The position numbers and the translations under genes are program-made. From positions 166,842,001 to 166,906,000 of the forward strand of contig OZ024742.1 in assembly GCA_964016885.1 (NCBI GenBank): 64,000 bases of DNA, written 5' to 3'. The notes under the pieces were generated by a model. That model had not been told where the DNA came from. It saw nothing but the letters and a program-made list of their open reading frames with translations, and ran no database searches. The stretch is from Eledone cirrhosa (Eukaryota). This document shows, piece after piece, positions 52,701-64,000 of this stretch; positions within the stretch are counted from its first letter, which is position 1, and every line of letters begins with the position of its first letter.

Positions 52701-55700
52701 TTTGTAAAAAAAAATCAGGGGGAGATAATTTGTAAAAAAAATCAAGGGGAGATAATTTCCAGCCGTCCAAGGGGAGATAATTTTCAGCCGTCCAAGGGGA
52801 GATAATTTCCAGCCGTCCAAGGGGAGATAATTTAAAAAAAAAATCAGGCGGAGATAATTTGTAAAAAAAATCAAGGGGAGATAATTTGCAACCGTCCAAG
52901 GGGACATAATTTTCAGTCGTCCAAGGAGAGGTAATTTCTAGCCGTACAAGGGGAGATAATTTCCAGCCGTCCAAGGGGAGATAATTTCCAGCCGTCCAAG
53001 GGGAGATAATTTTTTTTTTAAAATCAGGCGGAGATAATTTGTAAAAAAAAATCAGGGTGAGATAATTTGTAAAAAAAAATCAGGGGGAGATAATTTGTAA
53101 AAAAAAATCAGGGGGAGATAATTTGTAAAAAAATCAAGGGGAGATAATTTCCAGCCGTCCAAGGGAAGATAATTTCCAGCCCTCCAAGGGGCTATAATTT
53201 CCAGCGTCCAAGGGGAGATAATTTCCAGCCAGCGAAGGGGAGATAATTGTTTCAAAAAAATCATTGGGAGATTTGTAAAAAAAATCAGGGGGAGATAATT
53301 AATAAAAAAAATCAAGGGGAGATAATTTCCAGCCGTCCAAGGGGAGGTAATATCTAGCCGTCCAAGGGGAGATAATTTCCAGCCGTCCAAGGGGAGATAA
53401 TTTCCAGCCGTCCAAGGGTAGATAATATCCAGCCGTCCAAGGGGACATATTTTCCAGCCGTCCAAGGAGAGGTAATTTCTAGCCGTCCAAGGGGAGATAA
53501 ATTCCAGCCTCCAAGGGGAGATAATTTCCAGCCAGCCAAGGGGAGATAATTTGTAAAAAAATCAGGGGGAGATAATTTGTAAAAAAAATCAGGGGTAGAT
53601 AATTTGTAAAAAAAAATCAGGGGGAGATAATTTGTAAAAAAAAATCAGGGGGAGATAATTTGTAAAAAAAATCAAGGGGAGATAATTTCCAGCCGTCCAA
53701 GGAGAGATAATTTAAAAAAAAAATCAGGCGGAGATAATTTGTAAAAAAAAATCAGGGGGAGATAATTTGTAAAAAAAAATCAGGGGGAGATAATTTGTAA
53801 AAAAAATCAAGGGGAGATAATTTCCAGCCGTCCAAGGGGAGATAATTTCCAGCCGTCCAAGGGGAGATAATTTTTTTAAAAAAATCAGGCGGAGATAATT
53901 TGTAAAAAAAATCAGGGGGAGGTAAAAAAAAATCAGGGGGAGATAATTTGTAAAAAAAAATCAGGGGGAGATAATTTCCAGCCGTCCAAGGTAAGATAAT
54001 TTCCAGCCCTCCAATGGGCTATAATTTCCAGCATCCAAGGGGAGATAATTTCCAGCCGTCCAAGGGTAGATAATATCCAGCCGTCCAAGTAGACATATTT
54101 TCCAGCCGTCCAAGGAGAGGTAATTTCTAGCCGTCCAAGGGGAGATAAATTCCAGCCTCCAAGGGGAGATAATTTCCCGCCAGCCAAGGGAAGATAATAT
54201 TTAAAAAATCAGGCGGAGATAATTTGTAAAAAAAAAATCAGGGGGAGATAATTTGTAAAAAAAATCAGGGGGAGATGATTTGTAAAAAAAAATCAGGGGT
54301 AGATAATTTGTAAAAAAAAATCAGGGGGAGATAATTTGTAAAAAAAAATCAGGGGGAGATAATTTGTAAAAAAAATCAAGGGGAGATAATTTCCAGCCGT
54401 CGAAGGGAAGATAATTTCCAGCCCTCCAAGGGGCTATAATTTCCAGCGTCCAAGGGGAGATAATTTCCAGCCGTCCAAGGGGAGATAATTTCCAGCCGTC
54501 CAAGGGTAGATAATATCCAGCCGTCCAAGTAGACATTTTCCAGCCGTCCAAGGAGAGGTAATTTCTAGCCGTCCAAGGGGAGATAAATTCCAGCCTCCAA
54601 GGGGAGATAATTTCCAGCCAGCCAAGGGGAGATAATTTGTAAAAAAATCAGGGGGAGATAATTTGTAAAAAAAATCAGGGGGAGATAATTTGTAAAAAAA
54701 AATCAGGGGGCGATAATTTGTAAAAAAAAATCAGGGGGAGATAATTTGTAAAAAAAATCAGGGGGAGATAATTTGTAAAAAAAATCAAGGGGAGATAATT
54801 TCCAGCCGTCCAAGGGGAGATAATTTTCAGCCGTCCAAGGGGAGATAATTTCCAGCCGTCCAAGGGGAGATAATTTCCATCCTTCCAAGGGGAGATAATT
54901 TCCAGCCGTCCAAGGGGAGATAATTTTCAGCCGTCCAAGGGGAGATAATTTCCCGCCAGCCAAGGGAAGATAATATTTAAAAAAATCAGGCGGAGATAAT
55001 TTGTAAAAAAAATCAGGGGGAGATAATTTGTAAAAAAATCAGGGGGAGATAATTTGTAAAAAAAAAATCAGGGGGAGATAATTTGTAAAAAAAATCAGGG
55101 GTAGATAATTTGTAAAAAAAATCAGGGGTAGATAATTTGTAAAAAAAAATCAGGGGGAGATAATTTGTAAAAAAAAAATCAGGGGGAGATAATTTGTAAA
55201 AAAAATCAAAGGGAGATAATTTCCAGCCGTCCAAGGAGAGAAAATTTTTTAAAAAAATCAGGCGGAGATAATTTGTAAAAAAAATCAAGGGGAGATAATT
55301 TGTAAAAAAAAATCAGGGGGAGATAATTTGTAAAAAAAATCAAGGGGAGATAATTTCCAGCCGTCCAAGGGAAGATAATTTCCAGCACTCCAAGGGGCTA
55401 TAATTTCCAGTGTCCAAGGGGAGATAATTTTTTTTTAAAAATCAGGGGGAGATATGTAAAAAAAATCAGAGGGAGATAATTTCTAAAAAAAATCAAAGGG
55501 AGATAATTTCCAGCCGTCCAAAGAGAGATAATTTCTAGCCGTCCAAGGGGAGATAATTTCCAGCCAAGGGGAGATAATTTCCAGCCGTCCAAGGGGAGAT
55601 AATTATTTTAAAAATCAGGTGGAGATAATTTGTAAAAAAAATCAGGGGGAGATAATTTGTAAAAACAAAATCAAGGGCAGATAATTTCCAGCTGTCCAAG

Positions 55701-58700
55701 GGGAGATAATATCCAGCCGTGCAAGGGGAGATAATTTCCAGCCGTCCAAGGGGAGATAATTTCCATCCTTCCAAGGGGAGATAATGTCCAGCCGTCCAAG
55801 GGGAGATAATTTCCCGCCAGCCAAGGGAAGATAATTTTTAAAAAAATCAGGCGGAGATTGTAAAAAAAATCAGGGGGAGATAATTTGTAAAAAAATCAGG
55901 GGGAGATAATTTGTAAAAAAAATCAGGGGGAGATAATTTGTAAAAAAAAAATCAGGGGGAGATAATTTGTAAAAAAAATCAGGGGTAGATAATTTGTAAA
56001 AAAAAATCAGGGGGAGATAATTTGTAAAAAAAATCAGGGGGAGATAATTTGTAAAAAAATCAAGGGGAGATAATATGCAGCCGTCCAAGGGGAGATAATT
56101 TTCAGCCGTCCAAGGAGAGGTAATTTCTAGCCGTCCAAGGGGAGATAATTTCCAGCCGTCCAAGGGGAGATAATTTCCAGCCGTCCAAGGGGAGATAGTT
56201 TTTTTAAAAAAATCAGGCGGAGATAATTTGTAAAAAAAAAATCAGGGGGAGATAATTTGTAAAAAAAAATCAGGGGGAGATAATTTGTAAAAGAAATTCA
56301 GGGGGAGATAATTTGTAAAAAAAATCAGGGGGAGATAATTAGTAAAAAAAATCAAGGGGAGATAATTTCCAGCCGTCCAAGGGGAGGTAATATCTAGCCG
56401 TCCACGGGGAGATAATTTCCAGCCGTCCAAGGGGAGATAATTTCCAGCCGTCCAAGGGGAGATAATATCCAGCCGTCCAAGTAGACATATTTTCCAGCCG
56501 TCCAAGGAGAGGTAATTTCTAGCCGTCCAAGGGGAGATAAATTCCAGCCTCCAAGGGGAGATAATTTCCAGCCAGCCAAGGGGAGATAATTTGTAAAAAA
56601 ATCAGGGGGAGATAATTTGTAAAAAAAATCAGGGGGAGATAATTTGTAAAAAAAAATCAGGGGGAGATAATTTGTAAAAAAAAATCAGGGGGAGATAATT
56701 TGTAAAAAAAATCAGGGGGAGATAATTTGTAAAAAAAATCAGGGGGAGATAATTTGTAAAAAAAAATCAGGGGGAGATAATTTGTAAAAAAAAATCAGGG
56801 GGAGATAATTTGTAAAAAAAATCAAGGGGAGATAATTTCCAGCCGTCCAAGGGGAGATAATTTCCAGCCGTCCAAGGGGAGGTAATATCTAGCCGTCCAA
56901 GGGGAGATAATTTCCAGCCGTCCAAGAGGAGATAATTTCCAGCCGTCCAAGGGTAGATAATATCCAGCCGTCCAAGGAGACATATTTTCCAGCCGTCCAA
57001 GGAGAGGTAATTTCTAGCCGTCCAAGGGGAGATAAATTCCAGCCTCCAAGGGGAGATAATTTCCAGCCAGCCAAGGGGAGATAATTTGTAAAAAAAATCA
57101 GGGGGAGATAATTTGTAAAAAAAATCAGGGGGAGATAATTTGTAAAAAAAAATCAGGGGGAGATAATTTGTAAAAAAAATCAGGGGGAGATAATTTGTAA
57201 AAAAAAATCAAGGGGAGATAATTTCCAGCCGTCCAAGGGGAGATAATTTTCAGCCGCCCAAGGGGAGATAATTTCGCGCCAGCCAAGGGAAGATAATATT
57301 TAAAAAATCAGGCGGAGATAATTTGTAAAAAAAATCAGGGGGAGATAATTTGTAAAAAAAATCAGGGGGAGATAATTTGTAAAAAAAAATCAGGGGGAGA
57401 TAATTTGTAAAAAAAATCAGGGGGAGATGATTTGTAAAAAAAATCAGGGGTAGATAATTTGTAAAAAAAAATCAGGGGGAGATAATTTGTAAAAAAAAAT
57501 CAGGGGGAGATAATTTGTAAAAAAAATCAAGAGGAGATAATTTCCAGCCGTCGAAGGGAAGATAATTTCCAGCCCTCCAAGGGGCTATAATTTCCAGCGT
57601 CCAAGGGGAGATAATTTCCAGCCAGCGAAGGGGAGATAATTTTTTTTAAAAAATCATACGAAAATTTGTAAAAAAAATCAGGGGGAGATAATTTGTAAAA
57701 AAAATCAAGGGGAGATAATTTCCAGCCGTCCAAGGGGAGGTAATATCTAGCCATCCAAGGGGAGATAATTTCCAGCCGTCCAAGGGGAGATAATTTCCAG
57801 CCGTCCAAGGGTAGATAATATCCAGCCGTCCAAGTAGACATTTTCCAGCCGTCCAAGGAGAGGTAATTTCTAGCCGTCCAAGGGGAGATAAATTCCAGCC
57901 TCCAAGGGGAGATAATTTCCAGCCAGCCAAGGGGAGATAATTTGTAAAAAAATCAGGGGGAGATAATTTGTAAAAAAAATCAGGGGGAGATAATTTGTAA
58001 AAAAAAATCAGGGGTAGATAATTTGTAAAAAAAAATCAGGGGGAGATAATTTGTAAAAAAAAATCAGGGGGAGATAATTTGTAAAAAAAATCAAGGGGAG
58101 ATAATTTCCAGCCGTCCAAGGGGAGATAATTTTCAGCCGTCCAAGGGGAGATAATTTGCAGCCGTCCAAGGGGAGATAATTTCCATCCTTCCAAGGGGAG
58201 ATAATTTGTAAAAAAAAATCAGGGGGAGATAATTTGTAAAAAAAATCAAGGGGAGATAATTTCCAGCCGTCCAAGGGGAGATAATTTTCAGCCGTCCAAG
58301 GGGAGATAATTTCCCGCCAGCCAAGGGAAGATAATATTTAAAAAAATCAGGCGGAGATAATTTGTAAAAAAAATCAGGGGGAGATAATTTGTAAAAAAAT
58401 CAGGGGGAGATAATTTGTAAAAAAAAAATCAGGGGGAGATAATTTGTAAAAAAAATCAGGGCTAGATAATTTGTAAAAAAAAATCAGGGGTAGATAATTT
58501 GTAAAAGAAAATCAGGGGGAGATAATTTGTAAAAAAAATCAAGGGGAGATAATTTCCAGCCGTCCAAGGAGAGATAATTTTAAAAAAAAATCAGGCGGAG
58601 ATAATTTGTAAAAAAAAATCAAGGGGAGATAATTTGTAAAAAAAATCAGGGGGAGATAATTTGTAAAAAAAAATCAAGGGGAGATAATTTCCAGCCGTCC

Positions 58701-61700
58701 AAGGGAAGATAATTTCCAGCACTCCACGGGGCTATAATTTCCAGTGTCCAAGGGGAGATAATTTCCAGCCAGCGAAGGGGAGATAATTTTTTTAAAAAAA
58801 TCAGGGGGAGATATGTAAAAAAAATCAGAGGGAGATAATTTCTAAAAAAAATCAAAGGGAGATAATTTCCAGCCGTCCAAAGAGAGATAATTTCTAGCCG
58901 TCCAAGGGGAGATAATTTCCAGCCAAGAGGATATAATTTCCAGCCGTCCAAGGGGAGATAATTTCCATCCTTCCAAGGGGAGATAATCTCCAGCCGTCCA
59001 AGGGGAGATAATTTCCCGCCAGCCAAGGGAAGATAATTTTTAAAAAAATCAGGCGGAGATTGTAAAAAAAATCAGGGGGAGATAATTTGTAAAAAAATCA
59101 GGGGGAGATAATTTGTAAAAAAAAAATCAGGGGAGATAATTTGTAAAAAAAAATCAGGGGGAGATAATTTGTAAAAAAAAAATCAGGGGGAGATAATTTG
59201 TAAAAAAAATCAGGGGTAGATAATTTGTAAAAAAAAATCAGGGGGAGATAATTTGTAAAAAAAAATCAGGGGGAGATAATTTGTAAAAAAATCAAGGGGA
59301 GATAATATGCAGCCGTCCAAGGGGAGATAATATGCAGCCGTCCAAGGGGAGATAATTTTCAGCCGTCCAAGGAGAGGTAATTTCTAGCCGTCCAAGGGGA
59401 GATAATTTCCAGCCGTCCAAGGGGAGATAATTTCCAGCCGTCCAATGGGAGATAGTTTTTTAAAAAAAATCAGGCGGAGATAATTTGTAAAAAAAAAATC
59501 AGGGGGAGATAATTTGTAAAAAAAAATCAGGGGTAGATAATTTGTAAAAAAAATCAGAGGGAGATAATTTGTAAAAAAAATCAGGGAGAGATAATTAGTA
59601 AAAAAAATCAAGGGGAGATAATTTCCAGCCGTCCAAGGGGAGGTAATATCTAGCCGTCCAAGGGGAGATAATTTCCAGCCGTCCAAGGGGAGATAATTTC
59701 CAGCCGTCCAAGGGTAGATAATATCCAGCCGTCCAAGTAGACATATTTTCCAGCCGTCCAAGGAGAGGTAATTTCTAGCCGTCCAAGGGGAGATAAATTC
59801 CAGCCTCCAAGGGGAGATAATTTCCAGCCAGCCAAGGGGAGATAATTTGTAAAAAAATCAGGGGGAGATAATTTGTAAAAAAAATCAGGGGGAGATAATT
59901 TGTAAAAAAAAATCAGGGGGAGATAATTTGTAAAAAAAATCAGGGGGAGATAATTTGTAAAAAAAAATCAGGGGGAGATAATTTGTAAAAAAAAATCAGG
60001 GGGAGATAATTTGTAAAAAAAAAATCAGGGGGAGATAATTTGTAAAAAAAATCAAGGGGAGATAATTTCCAGCCGTCCAAGGGGAGATAATTTCCAGCCG
60101 TCCAAGGGGAGGTAATATCTAGCCGTCCAAGGGGAGATAATTTCCAGCCGTCCAAGAGGAGATAATTTCCAGCCGTCCAAGGGAAGATAATTTCAAGCCC
60201 TCCAAGGGGCTATAATTTCCAGTGTCCAAGGGGAGATAATTTCCAGCCAGCGAAGGGGAGATAATTTTTTTTTAAAAATCAGGGGGAGATTTGTAAAAAA
60301 AATCAGGGGGAGATAATTTGTAAAAAAAATCAAGGGGAGATAATTTCCAGCCGTCGAAGGGAAGATAATTACCAGCCCTCCAAGGGGCTATAATTTCCAG
60401 CGTCCAAGGGGAGATAATTTCCAGCCAGCGAAGGGGAGATAATTTTTTTAAAAAAATCATTGGGAGATTTGTAAAAAAAATCAGGGAGAGATAATTTGTA
60501 AAAAAAATCAAGGGGAGATAATTTCCAGCCGTCCAAGGGGAGATAATATCTAGCCGTCCAAGGGGAGATAATTTCCAGCCGTCCAAGGGGAGATAATTTC
60601 CAGCCGTCCAAGGGTAGATAATATCCAGCCGTCCAAGTAGACATTTTCCAGCCGTCCAAGGAGAGGTAATTTCTAGCCGTCCAAGGGGAGATAAATTCCA
60701 GCCTCCAAGGGGAGATAATTTCCAGCCAGCCAAGGGGAGATAATTTGTAAAAAAATCAGGGGGAGATAATTTGTAAAAAAAATCAGGGGGAGATAATTTG
60801 TAAAAAAAATCAGGGGGAGATAATTTGTAAAAAAAAATCAGGGGGAGATAATTTGTAAAAAAAATCAAGGGGAGATAATTTGCAGCCGTCCAAGGGGAGA
60901 TAATTTTCAGCCGTCCAAGGAGAGGTAATTTCTAGCCGTCCAAGGTGAGATAATATCCAGCCGTCCAAGGGGAGATAATTTCCAGCCGTCCAAGGGGAGA
61001 TAATTTTAAAAAAAAAACAGGCGAAGATAATTTGTAAAAAAAAAATCAGGGGGAGATAATTTGTAAAAAAAAATCAGGGGGAGATAATTTGTAAAAAAAA
61101 ATCAGGGGGAGGTAATTTGTAAAAAAAATCAAGGGGAGATAATTTCCAGCCGTCCAAGGGAAGATAATTTCCAGCCGTCCAAGGAGAGATAATTTTAAAA
61201 AAAAATCAGGCGGAGATAATTTGTAAAAAAAATCAGGGGGAGATAATTTGTAAAAAAAAATCAGGGGGAGATAATTTGTAAAAAAATCAAGGGGAGATAA
61301 TTTCCAGCCGTCCAAGGGGAGATAATTTTCAGCCGTCCAAGGGGAGGTAATATCTAGCCGTCCAAGGGGAGATAAATTCCAGCCTCCAAGGGGAGATAAT
61401 TTCCAGCCAGCCAAGGGGAGATAATTTGTAAAAAAATCAGGGGGAGATAATTTGTAAAAAAAATCAGGGGGAGATAATTTGTAAAAAAAAATCAGGGGGA
61501 GATAATTTGTAAAAAAAATCAGGGGGAGATAATTTTATAAAAAAAATCAAGGGGAGATAATTTCCAGCCGTCCAAGGGGAGATAATTTTCAGCCGTCCAA
61601 GGGGAGATAATTTCCCGCCAGCCAAGGGAAGATAATATTTAAAAAATGAGGCGGAGATAATTTGTAAAAAAAAATCAGGGGTAGATAATTTGTAAAAAAA

Positions 61701-64000
61701 ATCAGGGGGAGATAATTTGTAAAAAAAATCAAGGGGAGATAATTTCCAGCCGTCCAAGGAGAGATAATTTTTAAAAAAAATCAGGCGGAGATAATTTGTA
61801 AAAAAAAAATCAGGGGGAGATAATTTGTAAAAAAAAATCAGGGGGAGATAATTTGTAAAAAAAATCAAGGGGAGATAATTTCCAGCCGTCCAAGGGGAGA
61901 TAATTTTCAGCCGTCCAAGGGGAGATAATTTCCAGCCGTCCAAGGGGAGATAATTTAAAAAAAAAATCAGGCGGAGATAATTTGTAAAAAAAATCAAGGG
62001 GAGATAATTTGCAACCGTCCAAGGGGACATAATTTTCAGTCGTCCAAGGAGAGGTAATTTCTAGCCGTACAAGGGGAGATAATTTCCAGCCGTCCAAGGG
62101 GATATAATTTCCAGCCGTCCAAGGGGAGATAATTTTTTTTTAAAAATCAGGCGGAGATAATTTGTAAAAAAAAAATCAGGGGGAGATAATTTGTAAAAAA
62201 AAATCAGGGGGAGATAATTTGTAAAAAAAAATCAGGGGGAGATAATTTGTAAAAAAAATCAAGGGGAGATAATTTCCAGCCGTCCAAGGGAAGATAATTT
62301 CCAGCCCTCCAAGGGGCTATAATTTCCAGCGTCCAAGGGGAGATAATTTCCAGCCAGCGAAGGGGAGATAATTGTTTTAAAAAAATCATTGGGAGATTTG
62401 TAAAAAAAATCAGGGGGAGATAATTAATAAAAAAAATCAAGGGGAGATAATTTCCAGCCGTCCAAGGGGAGGTAATATCTAGCCGTCCAAGGGGAGATAA
62501 TTTCCAGCCGTCCAAGGGGAGATAATTTCCAGCCGTCCAAGGGTAGATAATATCCAGCCGTCCAAGGAGACATATTTTCCAGCCGTCCAAGGAGAGGTAA
62601 TTTCTAGCCGTCCAAGGGGAGATAAATTCCAGCCTCCAAGGGGAGATAATTTCCAGCCAGCCAAGGGGAGATAATTTGTAAAAAAATCAGGGGGAGATAA
62701 TTTGTAAAAAAAATCAGGGGTAGATAATTTGTAAAAAAAAATCAGGGGGAGATAATTTGTAAAAAAAAATCAGGGGGAGATAATTTGTAAAAAAAATCAA
62801 GGGGAGATAATTTCCAGCCGTCCAAGGAGAGATAATTTAAAAAAAAAATCAGGCGGAGATAATTTGTAAAAAAAATCAGGGGTAGATAATTTGTAAAAAA
62901 AAATCAGGGGGAGATAATTTGTAAAAAAAAATCAGGGGGAGATAATTTGTAAAAAAAATCAAGGGGAGATAATTTCCAGCCGTCCAAGGGGAGATAATTT
63001 CCAGCCGTCCAAGGGGAGATAATTTTTTTAAAAAAATCAGGCGGAGATAATTTGTAAAAAAAATCAGGGGGAGATAATTTGTAAAAAAAAATCAGGGGGA
63101 GATAATTTGTAAAAAAAAATCAGGGGGAGATAATTTCCAGCCGTCCAAGGTAAGATAATTTCCAGCCCTCCAAGGGGCTATAATTTCCAGCCGTCCAAGG
63201 GTAGATAATAGCCAGCCGTCCAAGTAGACATATTTTCCAGCCGTTCAAGGAGAGGTAATTTCTAGCCGTCCAAGGGGAGATAAATTCCAGCCTCCAAGGG
63301 GAGATAATTTCCAGCCAGCCAAGGGGAGATAATTTGTAAAAAAATCAGGGGGAGATAATTTGTAAAAAAAATCAGGGGGAGATAATTTGTAAAAAAAAAT
63401 CAGGGGGAGATAATTTGTAAAAAAAAATCAGGGGGAGATAATTTGTAAAAAAAAATCAGGGGGAGATAATTTGTAAAAAAAATCAAGGGGAGATAATTTC
63501 CAGCCGTCCAAGGGGAGATAATTTTCAGCCGTCCAAGGGGAGATAATTTCCAGCCGTCCAAGGGGAGATAATTTCCATCCTTCCAAGGGGAGATAATTTC
63601 CAGCCGTCCAAGGGGAGATAATTTTCAGCCGTCCAAGGGGAGATAATTTCCCGCCAGCCAAGGGAAGATAATATTTTAAAAAATCAGGCGGAGATAATTT
63701 GTAAAAAAAATCAGGGGGAGATAATTTGTAAAAAAATCAGGGGGAGATAATTTGTAAAAAAAAAATCAGGGGGAGATAATTTGTAAAAAAAATCAGGGGT
63801 AGATAATTTGTAAAAAAAATCAGGGGTAGATAATTTGTAAAAAAAAATCAGGGGGAGATAATTTGTAAAAAAAAAATCAGGGGGAGATAATTTGTAAAAA
63901 AAATCAAAGGGAGATAATTTCCAGCCGTCCAAGGAGAGAAAATTTTTAAAAAAAATCAGGCGGAGATAATTTGTAAAAAAAATCAAGGGGAGATAATTTG

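Larger units (their letters stand above)
23660..56700 (+). repeat. ~14.6-14.8 kb higher-order repeat: two near-identical copies (~23.66-38.33 kb, ~38.33-52.9 kb) plus a partial third (~53.3-56.7 kb)
   Basis: Offsets of 14679 (23639/38318, 24438/39117), 14608 (28421/43029, 31265/45873), 14553 (33568/48121, 37200/51753, 37947/52500) and 14816 (39117/53933, 41426/56242). Shared private variants include 'tcaagccgtcc' (~36578/51131) and 'gtaaaagaaaatc' (~36445/50998). Confidence 0.88.
1..64000. repeat. Composite two-monomer satellite array (25-bp monomer A and 26-29-bp monomer B sharing core GGGGAGATAATTT), head-to-tail, no array boundary within the window
   Basis: Every line consists of GGGGAGATAATTTCCAGCCGTCCAA or GGGGGAGATAATTTGT(A7-10)TCA or close variants. 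No unique sequence and no orientation switch were seen. Confidence 0.98.

Noticed and set aside
568-63986. All minus-strand ORFs (60-198 aa) as protein-coding genes
   Set aside because: They are translations of the repeat in all three frames, mostly opening at TTG inside a monomer. Frames are broken at random by A-tract length and 24/25-bp units. There is no domain and no non-repetitive context.
1-64000. CRISPR array (constant core plus variable intervening sequence)
   Set aside because: Intervening segments are only ~12-16 bp and fall into two recurring types rather than unique spacers. There is no leader and no cas gene.
1-64000. G-quadruplex array from G4/G5 runs
   Set aside because: G-runs are separated by ~21-24 nt loops, far longer than typical stable intramolecular G4 loops, so it is not supportable from sequence.
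1-64000. Telomeric repeat
   Set aside because: Two alternating monomer types, ordered variant cassettes and kb-scale higher-order duplications do not fit telomerase-templated synthesis. A subtelomeric or centromeric location cannot be determined from this window.
1-64000. Purely artefactual low-complexity sequence
   Set aside because: Consistent ordered variants, copy-specific whole-monomer indels and precise chimeric junctions indicate a real evolving array, although the copy number of the largest repeats needs read validation.

Overview
The whole 64 kb window is one uninterrupted, single-orientation, non-coding tandem repeat array (satellite-type DNA, most plausibly eukaryotic; the organism cannot be identified from sequence alone). 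It is built from two short monomers that share the core GGGGAGATAATTT. Monomer A is GGGGAGATAATTTCCAGCCGTCCAA (25 bp). Monomer B is GGGGGAGATAATTTGT-A(7-10)-TCA (26-29 bp). They occur in alternating runs joined by stereotyped junction monomers, roughly 2,400-2,500 monomers in total (estimated from 64 kb / ~26 bp). Diagnostic variant monomers recur as fixed-order cassettes. These cassettes are nested in higher-order repeats: ~7.1-7.2 kb, ~8.5 kb, a 5.1 kb internal tandem duplication, and ~13.6-14.8 kb. The most homogeneous part is ~18-56.7 kb, with more diverged, mosaic flanks. I see no genes, RNA genes, transposons, unique spacers or strand inversions. All listed ORFs are by-products of the stop-poor minus strand of the repeat. 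Higher-order offsets were derived from the coordinates of identical ORFs in the supplied track and checked against diagnostic variants by eye, so boundaries are approximate.
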